Of a stretch of 64,000 nucleotides of DNA, positions 34,891 to 45,980 are shown one piece after another. Source of the DNA: Cystobasidiomycetes sp. EMM_F5 (taxonomy: Eukaryota). Every line of letters begins with the position of its first letter. The first letter of the stretch is position 1. Both the position numbers and the translations under genes were made by a program. The stretch is from positions 1-64,000 of the forward strand of contig JBPGPT010000005.1 in the NCBI GenBank assembly GCA_051047955.1. Direction: 5' to 3'. The notes beneath the pieces were generated by a model that made no database searches, had not been told where the DNA came from, and saw nothing but the letters and a program-made list of their open reading frames with translations.

Positions 34891-37750
34891 ATGAAGACGG
34901 CAACACTCCTCTCCATCGCCTGCCTGTCATCGAGCACCCTCCTCGTCGATGCACACGGCTATGGTCCAGCAGGGTCGATATCGTTGCTCGAGCGAGAGGC
35001 CCGTGCCATCGAGGAACGGTCTTGGGGAAGGTACCGCGCCGGGTCGAGGTATGCCCTACACAGACGGAGCGATGGCACAACCCCAGATACCGTAAAGCTC
35101 GACCCGAGTATTCCCCAGATGTCCCCTCTCCCCCCGGTCGACGGAGCGACTATTACAAAGAGCATTCAGCAGACGATAAAGGCGAGTCCGATTCCATCTT
35201 GTACTGATTACACGACATTCTTTCATTTTTTCGTGTATTCTTGCTTTCTTTCCTCTTTCTCACTTTCCCTTTCTTTCCTGCTTTCTTGCTCTCTTGCTCT
35301 GTTGCTTTCTCCGTCTCTACCTCTAATTCCAATCTCATCCTGTGTCTTTCCCTCCATCTTTCCCTCTTTCCCTTTCATATGCCCTCCTTCTCTCTGTCCT
35401 CTCTTCCTCGCTCTCTTTATCTTTCCTTCCCTCTTTCCCTTTCTCTATGCCCTCTTTGTCTCTGTCCTCTCTACCTCCTTCTCTTTATCTTTCCCTCCCT
35501 CTCAACATTCTCACTTTCGCCCTCTGCCTCGTATTTTCTCTATTCTCCTCCGGCTCTCTAGCTGACCGTTCATCTCAAACAGAACGATGTCGACACCGTC
35601 CTGAAGGAGTTCAAGAACCTGCCCCAATACGTCAAGGACATGCTGAAATCCGCCTTCAACAACGTCTTCAATCAAGTACAGTACACACAGTCTCCGCAGG
35701 AGCAATTCAACACTATCCAAACTGCCATCACGACCAAACTCTCTCAGATTGAGAACAGCATCCCAACGACCTTTTATCAGCTGCTCGGCGACCAGACAAA
35801 CGATCAGGGTAACGTTGCAGCACTCAAGACGTGCGTCATGCAGATTGTCGCAAGCACTACGCCGGATGCACAGGATATGCCCACATCGTGCCTCACTCAG
35901 TCTGGTCTGTCCGTGCCGAGCTTGGTTGATCAGTTTAACGCTTTCGGTGAGTTTACCATAGTTTCACTTTCGTCACAATCCTTCGTCTCCTGTGGGCGTG
36001 GTCCTTCGCGATGACACGTAATTATCCATTTTTTCTCTGACCGTCGATGGGCATATTGCCCTGCAGCGGAATGAATCACACTATTACGTTCTGTGTCTGA
36101 ACACATCCTGTTTTCGTCACATTCGCCTCGCAAGCGTGCACCGGGTGTCAACTGACTATGCCTCCGCAGTCGACATGAATGACTTTGTGGCTCCCGTCAC
36201 TGCCCAAAACGCGGTAGCGCAGCAAATCACCGACTTCTTGACATCCTCTAATCTGGCTCCGTCGCAACAAGCCCTCATCGCTGCTGCCAACGAAGCAATC
36301 AAGAATGTCGTGGCTACTGTTTCTGCTAAAGAAAGGGATGCGGCGCAGGCTTCGTTCAAGTGCTGGTTGGATGCTTTGAATGTGAGTAGCCGAGCTGATT
36401 TTGAGAACGGGGCACCTCGTTGCTGAGGATTGCCTTTGTGTTACGCCAGATGATTGCGGGCACGACATTCGAACAGAGAAATCTAAAGTGCAACCAGGGC
36501 GCGTTGACTGGCTCGTCGGCTACGAAAGGAGTGCGTCGACCATTATGTCTAGTTGCTGTACTTCTTTAGCGATCTGACTGTCATTGCTCGATAGTCGCCG
36601 TTACAGAACATCGAAGAGGCTTACACCGCCATGGTCGATCAGTACTCTGGCGTGCTACCAGCAACTCTAGTCACAAATATCCAAGCTATCGGCAAGACTG
36701 CCCTCTCCCTTAACCTCGGTGCATACGACTCTGCAGTCCGTGACACTATCAATGATGCTATCCTCTCCAATGTCGCAATGACTGGCGGTACTACTGCTAC
36801 TGTCGTCGGTGATATGATTAGTGCGTTGTCAAAGTCACGCTATGTAGATGTATGGGCTGACGTGCGCGTGCTACAGAGTGCCTCAATACTATTTATGACG
36901 ACACGCCAGCTAACGACTGCAACCCTAACCAAAACGTCAGTAGATTAAAGAGATTGCAACGGCTATTAGGCCCTGATAATACTTGATTTTTATTCGTAGG
37001 GCGAGATTCTGCAACTCAACACCAATATCTATTACAACTACCTTGACCAATACGTATCCATCCTGCCAAAGAGGCTCGTCGAGGAGCTCAAGGCATCTAT
37101 TCTTGCCGATCTTCAATCCAAGAACCAGGTACCTCCCGCAGAGCTCGAGCAGCAGCTTCAGAGCCTGTTTGATACAGCCAGCCTTGGATCGGTCTACGAT
37201 GACTGTGTTCGCGAATTCAAGCAATGCATCATAAACGGAATCACTAATGGGGCTGCCAATACGGTCAGTCGCGTCAGACTACCTTTCGATAAACGCTATG
37301 CTGATCTTTTCACGTCGTTTCTGCATACAGGCCTGCACTGGAACTATTGGCGACAAGTGCGGTACCCTGCCACCACTTACACCTGGCCTTCCCGCTGGCG
37401 GCGCAAACCCTTACGGAGACATTGGGAACAATCTGCGCAACAGGGTCCGCAGTGCAAACGCTGCGTCCGAGAAGCGACACCTCGCACAAGCTGTCCGGCC
37501 TGCCGCCCGTCATTTACAGGCTGCAGCAAAGACGAAGCGACAAGGCGCTCAAGTCGCCAACAGGACTATTGTTGTTGGTCGATCGTACGGAGAAGAAGTT
37601 GCGTATGCCCTCGTCGGTCAATCTTCAGCTTACGCATCTGCTGTCGGCCAGAAGTGCTCGTGGCTGTCTACCGGTCTCAACGGAGGCGTATCGAGCAACG
37701 TCTGGACAGCTCAATTGGCTTCAGCATTGCTGCCACACGTCATTGCGTAG
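34891..37750 (+). CDS. Unknown secreted Cys-patterned helical protein, paralog A (8 exons)
   Basis: Signal peptide MKTATLLSIACLSSSTLLVDA. Seven introns (the first GC-AG) preserve the frame, and the gene is colinear exon-for-exon with 38423-40795. Confidence 0.85.
35219..35559 (+). repeat. About 340-nt polypyrimidine (CT-rich) low-complexity tract inside intron 1 of paralog A
   Basis: Almost purine-free sequence of imperfect tctc/ttcc/tttc units. Confidence 0.95.
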
Positions 37751-38422
37751 ACTCGGGGTGTCTTATGTGTGGAAGCATGGTTAGTATTGGCGGGAAATAC
37801 GTTTCTATCAGTTATGGGCAGAGTCAGAGGAGAGCGATATACCACAATCTTTGAGATTCCTGCGTTGTGTTTCGGGTCAGCGCTGCAGAAGTGCAGTCGT
37901 TATCAGGATCTTTAGTTGCTATTTTGCTAGACAAGGTCAATTCAACTCGGCATTTTCTCATCGTGTCTGTAGCCGCAGTACCAACTGGGTTTATGAAACT
38001 TTCCCCATGCACTGAGAGTTGCACGACTGATATGGACTGCAGCTGACATACTAATGGAAGGTCTTGTTGCGTACTTGGCTCCGGCTCTCGAGTTTTGGAA
38101 CTGACTCACTGTGCCTGACATGGATGCAAAAACAACAGCACCCGGGCTCAATCTTGCAGAATGGGGATACGGCCAAAAGGAAACCTTCGCATGATACGGC
38201 GAGATACGAGTTTACCAGTCCTTAACCTATCCTGCTCTCGCTGTCCTGCCCATTCTTTACTGTCTGCTGATTTCCAATCCGAAGTTGACGACAACGCCAC
38301 TGCCGTATTTGTCTGATCTTTGGGAGCCTGCAGGTGCAAGCAGCGTTTCGAAACGAGATCGGGCCGTCAAGGAATCTCAGAGGTCCTACCCGTCCCACTG
38401 AATAGAATCACCTGGCTTTACG

Positions 38423-40795
38423 ATGAAGGCGTCTTCCCTTTTCACTGCTCTCTGCCTCACATCACTATATGACTGCGACTCCCTGTTAGTCAATGCGGCA
38501 AAGTCCGGGCAAGGATCTCTGGTCGTGCGAAAAGCCGCTACTCTTGATTCGAGTTTTGCCGCGATTGAAAGGTCATGGGGAAGATATCGCCTGGGACGAA
38601 GCAAGGCTCTGCATAAACGGCAGGATGCATCGACAGGAAGCACGCCGGATACCGTAAAGTTGGATCCAAGCGTCCCGAAATACTCGCCTCTCGCCCCAAT
38701 CGATGGCAGTAGCATTACGAAGAGCATTCAGCAGACTATCAAGGTGTGTGTGAGCCAGAGTCAAGTTCCCCTGCTTCGACACTGACTGCATGATTTGATA
38801 TGCGCAGAATGATGTCGATGTCGTACTTCAAGAATTCCAGAACTTGCCAAGCTACGTCAAGGACATGATCAAAACGGCATTCAACAATGTTTTCAACGGC
38901 GTCGTATATACCCAAACACCTCAAGAGCAGTTCAACATTATTCAATCAGCCATCACAACCAAGTTGTCGCAGATTGAGCAGAATATTCCTACCACATTCT
39001 ATCAATTACTGGGCAATCAAACGGACGACAAGGGCAATGTTGCAGCACTCAAGACCTGTGTGATGCAGGTTGTTGCGAAAACGACTGCAGATGCGCAATC
39101 GGGAGCTTCGACCTGTTTAACGAAGTCTGGTCTTTCGGTGACCAGTCTTACTGATCAATTCAACGCTTTTGGTAAGCTTTCGTCGAGCTTGGCTGTTCTG
39201 CCTTGTCACGTTTGATTCGACGTTGCTGACTGCCTCACATCTTTGCCTCCGATAAGTCGATATGAACGACTTTCAAGCCCCAGTCAACGCACAAAATGCC
39301 GTTGCCCAGAAGATTACAGATTTCCTGGCTTCATCGAATCTAGCACCGGCGCAGCAGGATCTTATTTCTGCGGCGAACGAAGCCGTCAAGAATGTGGTCG
39401 CCGCTGTCTCCGCAAAGGAGAGGGATGCTGCCCAAGCGTCCTTCCAGTGCTGGGTCAACGCCCTCGATGTACGTATTACACTTGTTCCGACATTTTTTCG
39501 CAGAATGCAGACTGATACTATTGATTTGCAAAGATGATTGCTGGGACATCGTTCGATCAACGCAACATACAATGCAATAACGGCGCTCTGTCGGGTTCAT
39601 CAGCTACTAAAGGCGTATGTGACCCGAGTCTCCGTCGGTCATGAGTCGCAAAGCTAAGCTGGCATCTACAGTCTCCTCTGCAAAGTATAGAAGAAGCGTA
39701 CACAGATATGGTCAATCAGTACTCTGGTGTTCTTCCACCTAACCTAGTCACAAACATCCAAGCTATCGGCAAGACTGCACTTTCACTCAATCTTGGCGCA
39801 TACGATTCTGGTGTCCGAGATGCAATCAATAGTGCCATCTTGTCGAACGTTGCTGCTACAGGCGGTGGCACTGTCAAGATTGTATACGATATGATTGGTG
39901 AGCAGGCGTTCAATCGCGAGATTGCTGCTTTATGCTCATATTTCCTGCTTCTCGATGCAGCCTGCATCAACACGATCTACGACGACAATCCCAGCAACGA
40001 TTGTAATCCAAACAAGAATGTAAGTCATGCAGTGCTTCACGGACGCAATGCAAAATAAATTGACTTATTGGTAATCCCCGCAACGTTCACAGGCCGATGT
40101 TTTACAGCTGAATAGCAACATCTACTACAACTACCTTGACCAATACGTCTCAATCTTGCCAAAAGTACTGGTTGAGAATCTGCGAAGTGCGATCACTGCC
40201 GACTTACAGGCGAAGAGTCAAGTACCTTCAGCACAACTACAGCAACAATTGCAAAGCCTCTTCGACACAGCTAGTCTCGGCTCAGAGTACGATGACTGTG
40301 CGAGAGAATTCATACAATGCGTTAATTATGCGATGGTACACGGAACGGCCACTACCGTAAGTCTCCGCGATTGCTTTGCTTTAAGCTGTACTGAGTGGAC
40401 AAATGCAGGGCTGCACTGGTACGCTTGGACATGCCTGCGGAGCTCTGCCACCTTTGTCGCCCAGTGCTCCGAGCGGTGGCAGCAATCCATACGGCGATAT
40501 TGGAAATGGGCTACGGCAGAAAGCGCGTCGCACGACACCTGCTATGCCTGTTGCTCGTCAAGTACAGAATGGTGCAAGGACGAAACGCCAAGGTGTGCAG
40601 CTACCTGATCGGACTGTCGCCAAGCGTACGTACAGCGAGGACATTGCTTACTCGCTCATCGGCCCCTCTTCAGCATATGCGCTGGCTGTAGGGCAGAAAT
40701 GCTCGTGGCTGTCGACTGGTCTAAACGGTGGAGTCTCGAGCGATGTGTGGACGGCGCAATTGGCAGCAGCTCTCGTACCGCATGTGGTTGCGTGA
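38423..40795 (+). CDS. Unknown secreted Cys-patterned helical protein, paralog B (8 exons)
   Basis: Same intron positions and shared blocks with paralog A (TPDTVKLDPS, ITKSIQQTIK, GNVAALKTCVMQ, VSAKERDAAQASF, TNIQAIGKTALSLNLGAYDS, GQKCSWLSTGLNGGVSS). Confidence 0.85.
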
Positions 40796-41387
40796 GGAGA
40801 TGGGACTAAACGAAGTATGAAGGACATGATATGGGGCTGTATGGGAAAGGGTAGTAATGTTTGGGGGATACAAACAGTACCATGTAAATTTATTGCATAG
40901 AGTCGCGGGAAGTTTGCAGGGAGCGAGGTAATAAAACGTAGTCGTCTAGTGCCATTGGATTGCGTGCGGCCAGCGTTTCAGGTCTGATAACATAAATCTG
41001 TTTGGTGCGGGGTCCGGGTGGTGCCTGGCTCGCGAGTCCAAAACGCGCACAGTGGTCTAGGAAGTAGGCACCTCCCGGTCCTCAGAGACATGAGAAGAGT
41101 CCGCTGTGCACTTGTACGATGCTTGCATTGAGGAAAGGCTACAGTATTGACGCTGCATTAGCTGTCTGGAAGACGTGTTCTTGGTCGCCCATCGCGCACG
41201 CTCCAGCATCCAAACAATATCTTGACCAAAGCTGCGGCTGCTTAGGAGCCTGAGTCTGGGCTGCTGCGACCTTTGACTCTGTTGAATATCTTCAAACTCG
41301 ACATTTACTGCCATCAAGCATTATTACTCGCAAATACATCTGATCCATACGCTTCCTTCAACCCGTACTGACCGTGCCAACCAGGCC

Positions 41388-44300
41388 ATGAATAGGCGGA
41401 CCCACCAGTACTTCGACCACAGCAGTAGCAGCGCAGCGAGTGGTTCCACTGCAAATTCCAGAGCTCAGCAGCATCTACGGGGCGACAGCGAAGAGCTCCG
41501 GCTGCTCGGGGTGCAGCAGCACCGTCCGCACAGTCCTGGACTTCCCTTGCATCGCGACACGTCGCCCAGTGAGGGCGGCCTAGACAGCAGCGGGAGCAGC
41601 AACGGTATCGGCGGGATAGAGCATTACAAGATGTCCAATATGGAGTTGCACGACTCGGGGGTAGGGTCGAGCAGTAGCAGAAGACGAGGCGGTGGAGCAG
41701 CAGCAGCAGGACAATCCCGGAGCAACGGCATGATTGCGCAGGACGGGAACGATGATTACGACTACGACGAAAAGAGCAGAGATTATATGCTCGATAGGGA
41801 TCCAGCTTCTCCAGTGTCAACATCCCCATCGTCAACGCTCAAGGAGAAAGGGAAGGACAAATGGAGCAAGCTCATTCCGACAGATATCGCTGGAGGGAGT
41901 AGTAGAGTGGTCTCCAGGCATGGCGTACACCGGACAAGGCGGTCTGGACTGATGGGAATTGTCAGTCGCCCGCTGCTCACACCCTTCGACACGTGGGCTA
42001 AGTCGCGTAAATATCCATCTACAACAGGTCGACGTTTGCAAAGACTATGACGATCTCATTCCCGTGCTCATCTATACTATTCTCTCGCTGTGGACAAGGC
42101 TGTACCGGATAGACCGGTCAAATACCGTAGTCTGGGATGAAGTGAGCAGAAGAGCGCAGCCGCAGGCATCGGCAGCCGCCTGTGCGTTCACTGACGCTCT
42201 TTGCCTTCAGGCGCACTTTGGGAAATTCGGAGCATACTACTTAAACCAAACCTTCTATTTTGATGTACATCCTCCGCTGGGCAAAATGCTCGTAGGACTA
42301 GCTGGCGCGCTGTCTGGCTTCAACGGTTCATACGACTTTCCATCTGGTCAGGAGTACCCGCCTCACGTGCCATTCCGTGCTATGCGCATCATGCTTGCCA
42401 TGCCAGGTGTTCTCATGGTGCCGCTGGCGTACGGCACAGCGTACGAACTTCGATTCACAAATTATGCAAAACATCTTGTAACGCTCATCACACTGTGTGG
42501 TAGGTCAACAGTCCTTCATGTTATAATGCCACTTCTAATGCCTTGGACTCCCTTTTTCTCTTGCTTGTTGCTGCCGATGCTCGAATGTAGACATGGCTTG
42601 GCTGGTAATTTCGAGATTCATCCTACTTGATTCCATGCTCCTCTTCTTCACCTTCTCGACAGTCTACTTCCTAGCTTGCTTTCACAACCAACAACGTTAC
42701 CCTTTCTCCATCGACTGGTGGATCTGGCTCTCCCTTACCGGCGCGTCCATCGGTTGCGTAACGAGGTGAGTGTCCTATCTTGGCTTCGTCGTCAGGGAAT
42801 TCGGCGAGAGCTGATCCGATTCTGACGGCGTCCGATAGCGTAAAGTGGATTGGAATGTTTGTGACGGCTCTCGTTGGCTTGTATACCATTATCGACCTAT
42901 GGGACAAGCTAGGCGACCTGCGCATGCCCTATGTAGGTTGACATTTCGCAATGCATTCCCCGCTTAGCTAACTTACAGACACGTCTATACAGCACACTTA
43001 CATGCGGCACTTTATTGCTCGAGCAGTCTGCCTAATCTTGTTGCCCATTTCCATATACATGTTTTGCTTCAAGCTGCATTTTCTCATCCTCAATCGGTCT
43101 GGACCTGGTGATGCTCAAATGAGCTCGCTCTTCCAGGCCCACCTGCACGGCAGCGATTTTGGCAAGAATCCGCTAGAAGCAGCCTTCGGATCGAAATTGA
43201 CTCTCAAAAACATGGGTTACGGTGGAGGTCTTCTGCATTCACATGTGCAGACTTATCCCACCGGCTCTCAGCAACAGCAAGTGACTTGCTACCACTACAA
43301 GGACACAAATAACGAATGGACCGTTACGCCTACGTGGGAAGATGGTGACTACGATGCGAATGCGCCAATCCGCTTTTTGAACGATGGCGATACCATACGT
43401 CTCATTCATGCCATGACTGGTCGCAACTTGCATTCTCACCCGGTGCAAGCGCCAGTCACTGCGCAAAATCACGAAGTATCATGCTACGGTAACGCAACTA
43501 TCGGCGATTCGAACGATTATTGGATCGTAGAGATTGTCGATGATCTGGTCCGCGGCAAACGCAACGTTAAAACTGTCCACTCCCTCACTACACGTTTACG
43601 ATTCAGACACCAGAATCTGGGCTGCTATTTGAAGGCAAACAATGTCGCACTGCCTCAGTGGGGTTTCAAGCAGATCGAAGTCAGCTGCGAGCAAGGAGTT
43701 AGCAAAAAGGATGAGCATACTTACTGGAACATCGAAAGTCACTGGAATGATAGATGTAAGCTTGGGTAGATCCACAAGGATGGCACTTAGCTGATCTCGC
43801 GACACACTACAAAGTACCGCCTGGCGAAGTCAAGCTGTATCGCTCGCCGTTTCTCCGTGACTTTTGGCATCTCAACGTGGCAATGATGACGTCCAACAAC
43901 GCCCTTGTACCAGACCCAGACAAGGATGATATCATTGCTTCAAAACCGTTAGATTGGCCGTTTCTTCATCTTGGAATGCGAATGAATGGATGGCACGATG
44001 CATCTATCAAGTATTACCTGCTTGGGCACCCTCTAGCTTGGTGGTTCGGCACACTATCTCTGCCATCCTTCCTTGTCGCCATCTTTTGGTACATGTGTCG
44101 CTTTCAACGCAAATACCAAGACCTCGATCAGCGCGAGTGGGATCTCTTCTTCCACTCTGGCCTCCTCACATTTGGCGGATGGTGCTTCCACTACATTCCG
44201 TTCTTGCTAATGGGCCGAGTCACATATCTGCACCATTACCTTCCCTGCCAGATCTTCGCTGCACTATGCCTAGCGTTCCTCGTTGATCACTTTATATTCA

Positions 44301-44470
44301 AGTCGAAACGGCTTAGGCAGCGCACGAAAGCGGCCATCTTTACCGTCATGGCTTCTGCTGTAGTAGGCACCTTTATCTTTTACAGAGCAGCCGCTTGGGG
44401 TATCGAGGGCCCAGTCAACGACTGGCGATACCGTAAATGGAGAAGCACGTGGAACATCTACAACGAGTGA
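41388..44470 (+). CDS. PMT2: Dolichyl-phosphate-mannose:protein O-mannosyltransferase, PMT2 subfamily
   Basis: VVWDEAHFGKFGAYYL, FDVHPPLGKML, SRFILLDSML, GPGDAQMSSLFQA, MIR domains (LLHSHVQTYP, LPQWGFKQIEV) and GRVTYLHHY. The exact start ATG is uncertain. Confidence 0.93.
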
Positions 44471-44947
44471 TTCACTGTCGATTTCAACGGCCAAGCAATG
44501 CCAAACTTGAGTTAGGTGGCCGCTTCGCTCGCTCCAGACCTGTACGCATCGATTACGATAGAATATGAGAACGATGCGGCGTAGTACCCAGCCAGTACAT
44601 GTTGTATGCAGTAAGTTCAGTAGAGTAGTCTCAGAAGAACAAAAGGTCGAAGAGCCACTGGCAGTTATGTAAGGGCGTAAAGTCCAGTGCACGGACCGCT
44701 TGCCCGATGTTATACATGCCGCGAACGCGACGCCTTGAACTAACAGGTATAGAAGCTAGACTAGATACATGATACGGCCAACGAAGCCAAGTATTGTATG
44801 TTTAAGCGACAGCCAGCATGGCTTGTCGGTGAATGTGTAAGCAAAGATGAGACCATAAAACTTCCCTCTGATACAGGTAGTATGCGTGCTAGATTGTGTT
44901 TGAGAAGTACAGCTCGACAGATTGGAGAGGTGGAAGATCCGAAAATA

Positions 44948-45717
44948 TCAGAACTCTGGGAATTCACCGAATGTCTGTAAAACAGATGTTGGGTCAGTAC
45001 TTGGCGGGTTGGATGGAAAGAGGAGGAGAAAGGCACATACATTCTCTCCGCTGTAGGTTATGTATAAGAAGCCATCCTCATCTCTGTACTCTTCGTAGAT
45101 GGCAGCCATGAGAGAAGCTGTTGGTGGCAGAATCTCCTCTACAAAGATGTAGATGGCCTTTTCGGGTTCGAGCTTGATGCGTTTCCGGATGACATAGACA
45201 AACTGGCCGACTGTCAGATCCGATGGAACGAGATACTTCTTCTTGTCAATGGTTGCAATGTCGCTTCGCTCATTCTTCTCGCAGATGACGGGGATTCTGT
45301 CGGCGTATTTCTAGCCAGACGTGGGGGACGCGAAGTCAGCAAAAGCTCATTATGTTGCGTCTACTGCGCTGATCTGAGTCTGGCTGTTGCGCGCGTGGTG
45401 TTGGACTTCGCTCTTCCCGCAGTGCCACTGGTCTGCGCATGTGACTTGGGTCCACTACGGCCAACAGCCAGAAGTGTATAGAGCGACAGCGGGCTCACCT
45501 GGCGGATGCGGTCGGCCTCTATAGTAGTAGTACAAAGATATCTGATCAGCTTGCCGTCGACTCCGTTCCCGATACAGCAGTCAGGTCTGCAGACGGAGGC
45601 TGCTTACCGGCTCGACGCTTCTCTGGAACCAGCATAGCCTGCATCAGCGAGAGCCTTTACAAAGGGACCACCTCACTCACCGAATGGATGCTCAAACTTG
45701 AACTTTGAGGCCGACAT
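44948..45717 (-). CDS. ATG8: Ubiquitin-like autophagy protein Atg8 (not in ORF track)
   Basis: Five exons give [36 protein letters not shown]...[24 protein letters not shown]...[22 protein letters not shown]. Includes micro-exons 45608-45622 and 45499-45518. Confidence 0.97.
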
Positions 45718-45980
45718 TGTGTTGATTAGTGACACCTAAACCGGTGGTCGCAGTCAGTCAACAGGAGGGAACGCGCCAGAGTCAGATGGACAAGTCTGCG
45801 AGCAGGATGGCAGATCTGCGCACTTGTGAAGTGTCGGAAAGTGCTCCTTGAGTCGTTGAAAGTGGTGCTCGCCGTCGACGTGGTGCTCGGTCAACAAGCC
45901 TTGGTGACGACGCCGTACTCGACTTGCCGCCACCCGTCAATACGGACCTGAGCTTCTACCCGACAACGAGCCAGCAAGCC

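Noticed and set aside
35153..35752. Hydrophobic F/L/S/P-rich ORFs that look like membrane proteins
   Set aside because: They are translations of the intronic polypyrimidine tract, and paralog B shows this region is an intron.
30465..45717. ATG1 and ATG8 about 11 kb apart as an autophagy gene cluster
   Set aside because: They are separated by unrelated genes, and two genes in 64 kb is compatible with chance. It would need conserved synteny to be meaningful.
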